Shown here piece after piece: positions 47,635 to 60,500 of a DNA stretch of 64,000 nucleotides. Within the stretch, counting starts at the first letter, position 1. Each line of letters begins with the position of its first letter. Source of the DNA: Thermodesulfobacteriota bacterium (GTDB taxonomy: Bacteria; Desulfobacterota; Desulfarculia; JACQYL01); contig CAXXLZ010000002.1 in NCBI GenBank assembly GCA_963675595.2, positions 4,320,001 to 4,384,000 on the forward strand. Reading direction: 5' to 3'. Position numbers and translations under genes: made by a program. The notes under the pieces were generated by a model. That model saw only the letters and a program-made list of their open reading frames with translations. It was not told where the DNA came from and ran no database searches.

Positions 47635-48456
47635 CTAATCCCGGTCCGAGTCGGCCGTTTCCCCATTCCATTCCCAAGGCCACAGATCGGTAAGGGTCCG
47701 CAGGCTGGTCCAAACCCAGTCCTCCCGATGAGCCTCCAGAGTCACAATGGGGCGCCGACCTTCGGCGGCGAGGTCCCGGAAGAAGGGCTCGAATGGGAAC
47801 GTGCCTTCCCCCACGGCTCGGTGCTCGTCGAAATCTCCCAGATTGTCGTGAACATGAATCTGTCCGAGGCGGTCTCCGAGTTTCTCCATCCATTCCTGCC
47901 AGGTGATCCGGCTGAATGCGACGCAATGGCCCGTGTCGAAGCAGAAGCCCATATCCTCCGGAGGGATACGGTCGAAGACCGCTTCGAACACTTGAGAGTC
48001 CCATTCAAACACGTTTTCGATATTCATGCGTATCCCTTGTTCCCGGAACAAAGGGCCGCATTCCTCCCAGAAGTTCAGCCAACCATCGACCCATAGGTCC
48101 AGTGACTCCAAGTGCATTCTGGGCTCGAACCCAAGATGACAGACCACGGATCGGGGATGGAATTCGACTATGAGATCGAACGCCCGGCGCAGCCGGTCAC
48201 GGGAAGCTCTTCGGATCAACGGGTCCCGTGAAGCGGGACAAAGGTCCATGAAAGGAGCGTGCAGGGTGGTGGAAAGCCCTTCGGAGGCAAGCCTTGCGGC
48301 AACCGTCTGAAACTCCTTGAAGGAGTATCGGTCAAGGGCATCGGCGGACAGTCCGATTTCCGGTTGAACCCGGTTCTTCAGCACCAAATCGAAGTAGCGT
48401 TCCATGAGGTCTATGAAGGGCACCGCCACTTGAATCTGCGACAAGATGGGGACCAT
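47635..48456 (-). CDS. Sugar phosphate isomerase/epimerase (AP endonuclease 2-like TIM barrel)
   Basis: LHAPF.DL, NIENV, FCFDTGH, IHVHDN.G..DEH, TLE. Confidence 0.88.
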   Translation of the reverse strand: MVPILSQIQVAVPFIDLMERYFDLVLKNRVQPEIGLSADALDRYSFKEFQTVAARLASEGLSTTLHAPFMDLCPASRDPLIRRASRDRLRRAFDLIVEFHPRSVVCHLGFEPRMHLESLDLWVDGWLNFWEECGPLFREQGIRMNIENVFEWDSQVFEAVFDRIPPEDMGFCFDTGHCVAFSRITWQEWMEKLGDRLGQIHVHDNLGDFDEHRAVGEGTFPFEPFFRDLAAEGRRPIVTLEAHREDWVWTSLRTLTDLWPWEWNGETADSDRD

Positions 48457-49225
48457 GATTCTCTCCCGGGGCGATAGGTTTGATGGGTTGCGAATTTATA
48501 TTAGCGACGGATCAGGGACAATCAAGACACCTTTGTCCGGGATTCCGCCGGCGCCGGGAAGAAGGCGTGAAACGGGGGCGTCTATGAAATGATGCGAGCA
48601 TCAGCCGAGGCGGCCGCAAAGCGGACACGACTTCGGAGAAGTTGGAGGCCTGAAAAACGAGCCGGCGACTGACATGGATCCTCAGCCGCCGGCTTACACC
48701 AGGAGAAATAATTGTGGCAGGGACTCGGCCTCCGCCACACGTCGATTGTTGGTCCCCATCCGTCGCCCGAAGTCCCCGGCGCTTCGTTTTTCGTGATGCC
48801 CTCGTCCTCAACGAAGATACTTCGGAGGGAGGTTCACACAAAGATGCACGCAAGGCTGAGTGACTCTTCCCGGGGTCAAGGAATGGGACCCGACCCCCTG
48901 CGGGGAATTAAGTACAGGGGGCCACCCTCGATTTTTAAGAAGCAATAACCATACCAATGCGGTACGGAGTTCAAATCCTCAGAACCGGCCTCGGAAGCGG
49001 GTTGGGCGACCGGTGAGTTTGGGGGATTCGGGAAAGGTCCGAAAGCTGAGCCAATTCGGCCAGACTCGATCACCGGTGCGGTCGGATCCGGCCGGCGGCA
49101 AACGGGAAAAAGCCTAAACCCCGTTCCCCCCGGTACGGTCATAAGGGCTTGACGGTGCCGGCTTCAATTACCTAATATCCGACTTTTGACGCCAAATCGG
49201 CGAAAGACCCAGTTGGAGGCATACT

Positions 49226-50395
49226 ATGACAACGAACAATCGACTGTTTACTTCCGAGTCGGTCACCGAGGGACATCCCGACAAAGTCGCGGACCAGATC
49301 TCCGACGCCGTGCTCGATGCCATTATCGCCCAAGACAAGGATTGCCGCGTAGCGTGTGAAACTTTGGTCACCACGGGCATCGCCTTTATCGCGGGAGAAA
49401 TCACCACATCCTGCTGGGTGGATATTCCGGCCATCGTACGCAATACCATACACGACATCGGCTATAATGATTCCTGCATGGGCTTCGACTGGGAAACCTG
49501 CGGGGTCGTCACCAGCATCGACAAACAGTCTCCGGACATCGCACAGGGCGTGAATGAAAGCACGGACAAAGAGATGGGCGCGGGTGACCAAGGGCTCATG
49601 TTCGGATACGCCACCAATGAGACCGAGGAGCTGATGCCGCTTCCCATCAGCTTGGCCCACAAGCTCTCCATGCGGCTGGCCAGGGTCAGGAAAAAGGGAG
49701 TGCTCAATTTTCTCCGTCCCGACGGTAAGACTCAGGTCACGGTGCAGTACAACGGCGGAGGCGACTGGCGTGTGGATACCGTGGTGGTCGCCACCCAGCA
49801 TACTCCGGATGTGAAAGACAGTATCCTGAGGGAAGCGGTCATTGAGGAAGTGATCAAAAAGGTCATCCCCAAGGATCGTATGGACGGAGATACCAATGTG
49901 TTCATCAACGCCACCGGCCGATTCGTGGTAGGCGGACCCCATGGGGACTGCGGCATCACCGGCCGCAAGATTATCGTGGACACCTACGGAGGACACGGGA
50001 GTCACGGGGGTGGCTGCTTCTCCGGAAAGGATCCCACGAAGATGGACCGTTCCGGGTCCTATATGGCGCGACACGTGGCCAAGAACATTGTGGCCGCCGA
50101 ACTGGCCGACAAGTGTGAAGTGCAATTCGCCTACGTCATCGGTGTGGCCGATCCCGTGTCCATCATGGTGGACACCTTCGGCACGGGCAAGGTTTCCGAA
50201 GAGGGGCTGGTTCAACTGATTCGGGAATTCTTCCCTCTCAAACCCAAGAAAGTGATCGAATATCTGGACCTGCTGCGTCCGATTTACCGGAAAACTTCCT
50301 GCTACGGCCATTTTGGAAGGAACGACCCCGAATTCAGCTGGGAGGACACCCGGCGGGCGGCGGAACTGAAGGAAGCCGCCCGATCCGTCAAGTGA
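49226..50395 (+). CDS. metK: S-adenosylmethionine synthetase
   Basis: [38 protein letters not shown]. Confidence 0.98.
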   Translation: MTTNNRLFTSESVTEGHPDKVADQISDAVLDAIIAQDKDCRVACETLVTTGIAFIAGEITTSCWVDIPAIVRNTIHDIGYNDSCMGFDWETCGVVTSIDKQSPDIAQGVNESTDKEMGAGDQGLMFGYATNETEELMPLPISLAHKLSMRLARVRKKGVLNFLRPDGKTQVTVQYNGGGDWRVDTVVVATQHTPDVKDSILREAVIEEVIKKVIPKDRMDGDTNVFINATGRFVVGGPHGDCGITGRKIIVDTYGGHGSHGGGCFSGKDPTKMDRSGSYMARHVAKNIVAAELADKCEVQFAYVIGVADPVSIMVDTFGTGKVSEEGLVQLIREFFPLKPKKVIEYLDLLRPIYRKTSCYGHFGRNDPEFSWEDTRRAAELKEAARSVK

Positions 50396-51664
<1,269 letters not shown>

Positions 51665-51711
51665 TCACGTCGCTCATCCCTCCGCGCGTTCGGAGGAGTC
51701 CATAATTTCAG

Positions 51712-51753
51712 AACAAAACACCCTCTCCCGAATCCGGAAGAGGGTGTTTTGTT
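51712..51753. terminator. Bidirectional terminator between ahcY and fabH
   Basis: aacaaaacaccctct...agagggtgttttgtt. Confidence 0.8.
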
Positions 51754-51830
51754 ATCTTGGGGCTTTCGCGGGGATGCAGCGCCTCACCTGAGAGGGAGGC
51801 CTGCGAGGGGCCGCGGAAACCGAGTTCCCC

Positions 51831-52820
51831 TTACCAGCGGAACAAGGCGCTTCCCCAGGTGAGGCCGCCGCCGAACGCCGTCAGCAGCACCAAGTGGTCC
51901 TGCTCTATCCGTCCGTCCCTCACCGCCACGTCTAAAGCGACCGGGACGCTCGCGCTGGACATATTCCCGAACTTATCAATGGTCAGGACGAATTTATCCA
52001 TAGGGGTGTCGATCCGCTTGGCCACGCCCTGGAGCATGCGTAGGTTCGCCTGGTGAGGCACCACCCAGTTCACGTCGTCCATGGAAATATCGTGAGTCGC
52101 AACGGCCTCGAAGCACGAGTCTCCGAAGTGCTTCACCGCCACTTTCACGGAGGCGCTGGCCTGAATCATTCTCAAGTAGTGCTTCTTGGCGTCCACGCTT
52201 TCGTGACCGATGGGCGTGGTCAGGGAGCCCCCTCCGGGGACCAGCAGGTTCTGACCGTTGGCGCCGTCCGTGTGCACATGCGTCGAAAGCATTTGAGGAC
52301 CGGCGTCGTCGCGGGTCAGAATGACCGCCCCGGCCCCGTCGCCCCAAAGGATGCAGGAGGTGCGGTCCGTCCAGTCCACCGTACGGGTCATGATCTCCGA
52401 GGCCACCACCATGACGGTTTTGAAGGTGCCCGCTTTCAGATATTGCTCGGCCACGTTGAGGGCGAACAGGAAGCCGCTGCAGGCCGCGGTGACGTCGAAA
52501 GTCAGCGCATTGGGAATGTCGAGCTTGGCCTGTAGGAAATTCGCCGCCGCCGGACAAGCCATGTCCGGGGTGATGGTGGCGAACACAACGAGCTCGATGG
52601 CGTCCTTGTTGAGGTCCGCCGCTTCCAATGCGCGAAGACAGGCATGATGGGCCAGATGGGAAGAGGCCTCGTCCGGGGCGGCCATACGCCGTTCCGAGAT
52701 ACCCGTGCGCTGGACGATCCATTCATCCGACGTATCCACGATCTTTTCCATGTCGAAGTTGCTCAACACGCCTTCGGGCACGTGCGATCCCGTGCCCAGG
52801 ACCCGGATGCCGGAACGCAT
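51831..52820 (-). CDS. fabH: 3-oxoacyl-ACP synthase III
   Basis: TSDEWI..RTGI.ERR, AACSGF, GDGAGA, PHQAN, GNMSSAS, FGGGLTWG. Start 52820 or 52877. Confidence 0.95.
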   Translation of the reverse strand: MRSGIRVLGTGSHVPEGVLSNFDMEKIVDTSDEWIVQRTGISERRMAAPDEASSHLAHHACLRALEAADLNKDAIELVVFATITPDMACPAAANFLQAKLDIPNALTFDVTAACSGFLFALNVAEQYLKAGTFKTVMVVASEIMTRTVDWTDRTSCILWGDGAGAVILTRDDAGPQMLSTHVHTDGANGQNLLVPGGGSLTTPIGHESVDAKKHYLRMIQASASVKVAVKHFGDSCFEAVATHDISMDDVNWVVPHQANLRMLQGVAKRIDTPMDKFVLTIDKFGNMSSASVPVALDVAVRDGRIEQDHLVLLTAFGGGLTWGSALFRW

Positions 52821-52981
52821 TTGCCGGAGTCTATCTTGAGAAAGCAATGATCGCTCCTTTTTTATTTCAATAGGCAACTCGGTTCGGAAACCCGATTCGG
52901 GGACTTTCCAGAGGAACCGGTTGTGAAATGAAACTTACGACAAAACCGTGAAGGCGCTTCCTCCGGCCCGAATCATCAGGG

Positions 52982-53950
52982 CTATCGATAGCGAAGCCCC
53001 ACCCTCTTTCGAACCTCTTCGAGGGTCACGGAAGCCAGGGCGCGCGCCTTTTCGGCTCCTTTACTCAGGACTTCGTAAACGTAGTCCATGTTGTTGACGA
53101 GTTCGTCTCGTTTTTTCCGGTAAGGTTCGAAATAGTTCCAAATTCGGTCTACCAGATCCTTCTTCACCTCGCCGTAACCCAATCCGGGAGCGCGGTAACG
53201 AGCGTCGAGTTCGGAAATTTCTTCGGGGGAGGCAAAAGGCTTGAACACGGCGAAGAGGTTGCAGGTGTCGGGGTCCTTGGGCTGATCCACGGGGGTCGAG
53301 TCCGTGACGATTCTCATGACTTTCTTCTTGAGCGCTTTGTAATCCGTGAAAATCTCGACGGTGTTTCCATAGGACTTGGACATCTTCTTTCCATCGATGC
53401 CCGGAATGACGGCCAGATTCTCGTTGATTTCGGGTTCGGGCAGGACAAAGGTTTCACCGAACTGGTTGTTGAACCGTTGAGCGATGTCCCGGGTGACCTC
53501 GACGTGCTGTTTCTGGTCTTTACCAACAGGGATGATGTTCGCCTGGTAAAGCAGGATATCCGCCGCCATGAGCACGGGATAAGAGAACAATCCGTGGGTC
53601 GCGGGCAGACCTTTGGCCGTCTTGTCTTTGAAGGAGTGGCAGCGTTCCAGCAGCCCCATGGGCGTAACGGTGGAGAGTATCCAGGTCAGCTCCGTCACCT
53701 CCGGCACGTCCGATTGAACCCAGAAGATGCAGCGATCAGGGTCCAGCCCGAGAGCCAGGAAGTCCAGAGCCGCCTCGATGGTGCCCTTGCGAAGAGTTTC
53801 CCCTTCGTCCACGGAAGTCAAGGCGTGGTAGTTCACGATGAATATGAATGTTTCATGCCGGGTGTGGTAGTCCAACATGGGTTTCATCATACCGAAGTAG
53901 TTACCGATGTGGAGTTGACCGGACGGTTGTATACCGGATAATACGCGCAT
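52982..53950 (-). CDS. trpS: Tryptophanyl-tRNA synthetase
   Basis: SGIQPSG.LHIGNY, YPVLMAADIL, VGKDQKQH, KMSKS. Confidence 0.98.
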   Translation of the reverse strand: MRVLSGIQPSGQLHIGNYFGMMKPMLDYHTRHETFIFIVNYHALTSVDEGETLRKGTIEAALDFLALGLDPDRCIFWVQSDVPEVTELTWILSTVTPMGLLERCHSFKDKTAKGLPATHGLFSYPVLMAADILLYQANIIPVGKDQKQHVEVTRDIAQRFNNQFGETFVLPEPEINENLAVIPGIDGKKMSKSYGNTVEIFTDYKALKKKVMRIVTDSTPVDQPKDPDTCNLFAVFKPFASPEEISELDARYRAPGLGYGEVKKDLVDRIWNYFEPYRKKRDELVNNMDYVYEVLSKGAEKARALASVTLEEVRKRVGLRYR

Positions 53951-54277
53951 CGTGGTATCGTAGTCCTTTCGTCGGGAAAAGTAATCAATTCAGCGCCATA
54001 CCCGATGGGCGGGCGCTCGGACAATCAGCGGACGGCTTCTGGGATAACCATGAGGCGGAACTGCCGCAAAGCCATGAGAGAACCTTGGGATACACCAGGG
54101 ACCTTGAATTGGCAAGAGAAAATCGTATACTGTTGCACACGGTGGGCACCGGACCCCAAGTTTCCGTCCGGGCGTCGCCCGCCTTCCCAACGGAAGTATT
54201 TACAACAGAATTTCTTCCGGGGCAAACCGATCCCGTATTCCTTCCATCAAGCCTAACTCATCCTGGAAAGCGTCGCC

Positions 54278-55984
54278 TTGCTGTCTCGTCTGGCCATTCG
54301 CAATTTTGCCATCATCTCCTCTCTGGATTTGGCTTTCACGCCGGGTTTGAACGTACTGACCGGGGAGACGGGCGCCGGTAAGTCCATCATTCTTAACGCC
54401 GCTCATCTCCTGTTGGGCGGCAGACCCTCGACGGATTTCATTCGTACCGGGGAAAAGGAAATGAAGGTCGAAGCCGTATTCCTCGTCCCCCCGTCGAGCC
54501 TCTCGGAAGAGAGGGGCGGCGCGGCAGGGCTGGAATCGGCGGAGTTGCGTGTGGGACGGGTGATTCTCTCCGAAGGCCCCAACAAAGTCTTCATGGGCGG
54601 AAAATCCGCCACGGTGGCGACTCTGCAGGAGCGGATGCCGCACTTGATGAGCATTGTGAGTCAATTCGATCACCAGACGCTGCTCCACCGAGAAGCCCAT
54701 CTGGACATCCTGGATGAATACGGGGACCTCATCCGGCGTCGGATGCGTTACGAGGAGCGGTTCCTCTCGCTCGAGGAGCTTCATCGCCGACAACGCAATT
54801 TTCTGAGAAATCGGGCCCGCATGGCGGAGCGCCGCGAACTTCTCGAGTTTCAACTCAAAGAACTCGACAATGCCCGTATCGAGGCGGAGGAGGACGACCG
54901 CCTTCACGAGGAGCGGGAGCGTCTCAGACACGCGGGGCTGCTTTTCGAGCTTGCGGAAGGAGGATATCAACGGCTTTACGGCGAGGACCGATGCCTGCTG
55001 GACGACCTCCACGGTATCGGCCGGGACCTGGAGAAGATCGGCTCTTTGGACGGGTCGGCGTCGAGCATGAAGGAACGGTTTTCGACCCTGCTGGTGGACC
55101 TGCAGGATGTGGCGGTGGAACTCCGCGACTATGCGGAAGGCATCGTGGTGGACCCCGAGCGATTGGATCAGGTGGAGGAACGGCTCAACCGGCTGGAGGG
55201 ACTCAAGAAGAAATACGGTCCCACACTGGCCGATGTCTTGAGGCGCATGCAGGACATGCGATCCGAATTGGCGGGGCTCGAGGAACGGGACGTGGGGCAG
55301 GGGGAATTGGCCGAGCGAATTCGCGCGGCGGAAGACGACCTGGCCCGCGAAGCCCTGGAACTTTCGGACTTACGCAGGGAAAAGGCGGATACATTGGCCG
55401 GCTTGGTGGAGGAGGAACTCCGCTCCCTGAATATGCCCCATATGGTGTTCAGGGTGGATTTCGGGAGATTCACGCCGGACGACAAGGACGCCGTTGCCTG
55501 CGGTGACGTTTGGCTGAAACCCACCGGCATGGACGAAGTGGAGTTCACCATGGCGCCCAATCCGGGAGAGGAGCTGCGCCCACTGGCCAAGATCGCCTCA
55601 GGCGGTGAGCTGTCCCGGATTTTGCTCGCGGTGAAACGAATTCTCGCGGGGCGCGCATCGGTGGAGACTTTGATCTTCGACGAAGTGGACGCGGGCATCG
55701 GAGGCACCACCGCGGAACTGGTGGGCAGGAAGTTGCTGGAGATTTCCTCGTATCATCAGGTGCTCTGCATCACGCACCTGCCCCAGATCGCCTGTTACGC
55801 GGACCATCATTTCAAGGTTTACAAAGAGCTCCGGGAAGGGCGGGCGGTGACGTGCGTTCAGGAGCTGGGCGAAGAGCATCGCATCGCGGAAATCGCCAGA
55901 ATGCTGGGGGGTGGGGAAGACGATGGAGCCGCCCGCGATTACGCCCGGAAAATGATTGAACGACTGAGAAACGCGGCGCGGTGA
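54278..55984 (+). CDS. recN: DNA repair protein RecN
   Basis: TGETGAGKS, long coiled coil, ASGGELSR, LIFDEVDAGIGG, ITHLPQIA. Confidence 0.97.
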   Translation: MLSRLAIRNFAIISSLDLAFTPGLNVLTGETGAGKSIILNAAHLLLGGRPSTDFIRTGEKEMKVEAVFLVPPSSLSEERGGAAGLESAELRVGRVILSEGPNKVFMGGKSATVATLQERMPHLMSIVSQFDHQTLLHREAHLDILDEYGDLIRRRMRYEERFLSLEELHRRQRNFLRNRARMAERRELLEFQLKELDNARIEAEEDDRLHEERERLRHAGLLFELAEGGYQRLYGEDRCLLDDLHGIGRDLEKIGSLDGSASSMKERFSTLLVDLQDVAVELRDYAEGIVVDPERLDQVEERLNRLEGLKKKYGPTLADVLRRMQDMRSELAGLEERDVGQGELAERIRAAEDDLAREALELSDLRREKADTLAGLVEEELRSLNMPHMVFRVDFGRFTPDDKDAVACGDVWLKPTGMDEVEFTMAPNPGEELRPLAKIASGGELSRILLAVKRILAGRASVETLIFDEVDAGIGGTTAELVGRKLLEISSYHQVLCITHLPQIACYADHHFKVYKELREGRAVTCVQELGEEHRIAEIARMLGGGEDDGAARDYARKMIERLRNAAR

Positions 55985-56036
55985 GTCCGGGCCGGGTGTA
56001 TTCACAGGGGCGTGACGCGACGGGCGCGCCCCACGG

Positions 56037-56993
56037 TCAATTCACATATCGAACCGTATCGCCCACATGCACCGGTGTGCCGTCCAGCGGCTCGCCCACG
56101 CAGAACAGCTCTTTGCACTCCACGAGCCGGACCCGACCCAAAGGCGGCCCGGGCATGAGGAAGGTTTCTCCGTAATAATTGGTGATCTCCTCGCCCTTTT
56201 CCCGCACTTCCAACACCGCTCCCTCCGTCAGCCCCACTTCACTCCCCGAGCTGATTCGGAAGGTGGAACCAGAGCTCTCCACCACAAAAGTCTTCCAAGG
56301 CTGGCGCTCCAGGGCTTCCACGGCCTCCTCGGTCAACTCATCGAGGCTTTCGGCCAGCAACGCTTCGGGAGGCGACTTTTTCTCCTCGATGTACTGGAGA
56401 ATGTTGTCGTAACGGTTGTCGATCTTGAGGTAGGGGGATCGTTGACCCTGATAGAGCACCGTTCCGGTTTCAGGGTCCACCACTTTGATCTGGATCACCA
56501 CCTGCATGGTGGGCACTTCGTCCCGGAAACCATAAATGCCGAATTTCTTTCTGCGGTAGGTGAGCTCGGATATGGAGGCCCTGACAAAGGCGTTGAGTCC
56601 CCAAGTTCGACCGAATTGCAGCACGGCGTGACTGTCGTCTCGCCCGAAGTCGCCGCTATCCATGAGGAGCGCCAGGGTATCGGAATCCATCACTTTAAAG
56701 CGCGGGTTCGCCTCGATCATCTTCGTGAGCCGCTTATCAAGGGACTCGGCGTACGCGTTCATTTCCTCGGACTGGAAAAAGGTGCGGTTGGCCACACCCA
56801 CCACGGCGATCTTCTTCCGATAAGGGGCTTCGTCCGTGGAATCGAGGCCCACGGTATCCTTGGCCCATCGCACCGCTGAACAGCCGCCGGCGACCAGAGG
56901 AATGAGCAACAGGCACATCATCAGCATTGCCGCGCGTGCACGGAATCTTGCAGGCAAAGATGGAGAATCAGTAAGCGATGGAAAAATCATCAA
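56037..56993 (-). CDS. Lipoprotein, CsgG/FlgT-like
   Basis: Lipobox AGGC; [28 protein letters not shown]...GEEI. Start uncertain. Confidence 0.65.
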   Translation of the reverse strand: MMIFPSLTDSPSLPARFRARAAMLMMCLLLIPLVAGGCSAVRWAKDTVGLDSTDEAPYRKKIAVVGVANRTFFQSEEMNAYAESLDKRLTKMIEANPRFKVMDSDTLALLMDSGDFGRDDSHAVLQFGRTWGLNAFVRASISELTYRRKKFGIYGFRDEVPTMQVVIQIKVVDPETGTVLYQGQRSPYLKIDNRYDNILQYIEEKKSPPEALLAESLDELTEEAVEALERQPWKTFVVESSGSTFRISSGSEVGLTEGAVLEVREKGEEITNYYGETFLMPGPPLGRVRLVECKELFCVGEPLDGTPVHVGDTVRYVN

Positions 56994-57246
56994 ATTCGTC
57001 CTTAAATGGTTCCCATTCCACCTCCACGCGGGTCACTCGCGCGGAACTCGGACCCTGGTGGCACCATTGGATCAATCTTTCGACCGCGGCGCGGTCTCCT
57101 TCCGCCAAGGCTTCCACGTCGCCGCTCACCATGTTGCGGACCCACCCGACGACTTGAAGTCTCCGAGCCTGGTCACGCGTGGAAGCACGAAAAAACACGC
57201 CCTGCACCCTTCCGTGAATCCGCAGTCGGGCTCTCGCTTTTTCCAT
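56968..57246 (-). CDS. acyP: Acylphosphatase
   Basis: [23 protein letters not shown]. Confidence 0.95.
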   Translation of the reverse strand: MEKARARLRIHGRVQGVFFRASTRDQARRLQVVGWVRNMVSGDVEALAEGDRAAVERLIQWCHQGPSSARVTRVEVEWEPFKDEFDDFSIAY

Positions 57247-57554
57247 AGGTCACCTCCGAACGGTTTCCCCGGCCGAGAACAACGCCATGTGGGTCGTCCA
57301 CACGGCGAATCGGTTGCGTCGGCGGCGCAACATCCCCGTTTTCAACGGATTGATGCGCGGAAATCCACCCCACCGAAGGAACGCCGAGTGTAACAGGAAG
57401 CCGGAGTGAAATCAATGGATGAGGGCCGCGCGACTACGCTTTGTGCTACAGAGCCGATTGCGGAGGAAAAGTTCCTGAAAATCGGCGATGAAAAGGGACC
57501 CGGCCCGCGCGAGGCGAAGGCCGGGGACGACGTGGACGGGAAAAGGCCGTGCCG

Positions 57555-60500
57555 GGCCTATCCCCGCGTGTGCGGGGGAATCTCCTTCAGCACGCCGCCT
57601 TCCCGGATTTTCATAGGCCTATCCCCGCGTGTGCGGGGGAATCCCGTGTACCTGCTGTCTCAGCTCGATGCCGCACGGCCTATCCCCGCGTGTGAGGGGG
57701 AATCCAAGCGCCCAACTCTGCGACCGCCCTTTTCGTGGGCCTATCCCCGCGTGTGCGGGGGAATCAGGCTGCCGGAGGGAGTGACTTCGTATTCGTACGG
57801 CCTATCCCCGCGTGTGCGGGGGAATCTGCCACGTGGGCTTTTCGGCTGCCTCAAGCTGCGGCCTATCCCCGCGTGTGCGGGGGAATCCTTCGGAACATCG
57901 GCCTCGGTCTTCCACACGACGGCCTATCCCCGCGTGTGCGGGGGAATCGGCGGACAAAGCCGACACCAGGGCAACGACTCGGGCCTATCCCCGCGTGTGC
58001 GGGGGAAACGAATCCAGATGCAATCGAGTATTCGGGAAGAAAGGCCTATCCCCGCGTGTGCGGGGGAAACATAGCGAAGAACCGGCGGAGACGGTGCAGG
58101 ATGGGCCTATCCCCGCGTGTGCGGGGGAAACTCATGGGCATACTGGATCGCGGATCGCCGCAGCGGCCTATCCCCGCGTGTGCGGGGGAAACCGGAGACG
58201 AGAATGGTATATAGTAAAACGGAAAGGCCTATCCCCGCGTGTGCGGGGGAAACAATAACATGGACTTCGTATTAGTATTCGGTTCAGGCCTATCCCCGCG
58301 TGTGCGGGGGAAACTTTGATTATGATAGTGATAAGAAGATCTATTCAGGCCTATCCCCGCGTGTGCGGGGGAAACTGCGTTCGGAGGGAATTCGGCGAAG
58401 TCGAAGGAGGCCTATCCCCGCGTGTGCGGGGGAAACGGAAACAAGAGCTTGTGAATACAGGCTGTACAAGGCCTATCCCCGCGTGTGCGGGGGAAACGCA
58501 CTGGCCTTGCTTGCTCAAGAACTTCTTCCAGGCCTATCCCCGCGTGTGCGGGGGAAACTTTCAGATGATGGCCCCAAACACCCCGGCATAGGGCCTATCC
58601 CCGCGTGTGCGGGGGAAACCGGTCGGTGACGATTTGATATACGTTCATAATGGGCCTATCCCCGCGTGTGCGGGGGAAACTGCCTTTACTTCACTATACG
58701 GATTTCCAAAGCAGGCCTATCCCCGCGTGTGCGGGGGAAACCGTCAAGGAGCCCCCCGGGGCTCTGTCTCGAAAGGCCTATCCCCGCGTGTGCGGGGGAA
58801 ACTGGCTGTTTTGCGCACCCCTGCGCAGTGCCATGGGCCTATCCCCGCGTGTGCGGGGGAAACTCTATCAGAAGCACTTCAGCGTAGGGATTCAAAGGCC
58901 TATCCCCGCGTGTGCGGGGGAAACAAAGCGAAAATGAGTGAGAATAGAGGGCGTATAGGCCTATCCCCGCGTGTGCGGGGGAAACTACGGGAGGCGGGAT
59001 AGATGGGCCGGGGGAAAACGGCCTATCCCCGCGTGTGCGGGGGAAACCCTCGAGGGCCGGGTATGATGGCTGCGTAGGCAGGCCTATCCCCGCGTGTGCG
59101 GGGGAAACTGGCGATCGTGACTAAGCGCGATCTGGGCGTCAGGCCTATCCCCGCGTGTGCGGGGGAAACAAAGGCACATTTATAAGAGCACTACTGGCAT
59201 GAGGCCTATCCCCGCGTGTGCGGGGGAAACTCGGCATGATCTTTTATTTTCTTCCTGGTACGAGGCCTATCCCCGCGTGTGCGGGGGAAACTGGAAATGA
59301 AAAAAAACCGAAACTGAAGGGGAGGGCCTATCCCCGCGTGTGCGGGGGAAACCTTTATCGCATTATCGGGCGCGATACTCTCTTGGGCCTATCCCCGCGT
59401 GTGCGGGGGAAACCATGGATCTCATCCTCTTGCTCCCTTTCTTATAGGCCTATCCCCGCGTGTGCGGGGGAAACACATATAGACTGGTATCGTAGATGAA
59501 GCAACGGGGCCTATCCCCGCGTGTGCGGGGGAAACAGAGCTTTTCACAAAGTAGGTCATACGATCATAGGCCTATCCCCGCGTGTGCGGGGGAAACCTTC
59601 GCTTCCTGCGCTTTCTGCGCTTCCCTGCCGGCCTATCCCCGCGTGTGCGGGGGAAACCTGAATATTATTCTACCCTATTCCATGAACTAGGGCCTATCCC
59701 CGCGTGTGCGGGGGAAACGTGAATGGTGGGTTGAGCAATGGGGTTGTTCAAGGCCTATCCCCGCGTGTGCGGGGGGAAACGACTGTTAATAGTGGATATC
59801 CCGAATAAGAAAAGGCCTATCCCCGCGTGTGCGGGGGAAACGTACGGCAAAACGAGGAAGAAGCAAGCCAAAGGGGCCTATCCCCGCGTGTGCGGGGGAA
59901 ACTTCGGGATGATTTCCATGACACGCATACGTACAGGCCTATCCCCGCGTGTGCGGGGGAAACCTAAGAGCGGCCTTCTGGGCGGCTTCCTCATGGGGCC
60001 TATCCCCGCGTGTGCGGGGGAAACCTAAAAGAGTACTATTCTTTCCCCTGGGAAATGGGCCTATCCCCGCGTGTGCGGGGGAAACTCGACATGATCGAGG
60101 AAAAGAGGCAATCGTATAGGCCTATCCCCGCGTGTGCGGGGGAAACTATACGCTAATCTCTATAGTGGATACGGTTTGGGGCCTATCCCCGCGTGTGCGG
60201 GGGAAACTCCTTATTAGTGTTTCAAAAAGACTATAGGTAAGGCCTATCCCCGCGTGTGCGGGGGAAACGGATACTCATATTCACCATTAAGAAGCAAAAC
60301 GGGCCTATCCCCGCGTGTGCGGGGGAAACCTTCATCAGGCATACCGTCTAGTGTCTCCCAGAGGCCTATCCCCGCGTGTGCGGGGGAAACTTCTTTACTT
60401 CTGAAATGGATCCGATAGCATGGGGCCTATCCCCGCGTGTGCGGGGGAAACTTCAGGCTCCGGCAGTCCTTCGACATCGCCGAAGGCCTATCCCCGCGTG

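Noticed and set aside
48955-48990. GTTCAAATC, resembling a tRNA T-loop
   Set aside because: No 5-bp T stem, acceptor stem or anticodon arm can be built.
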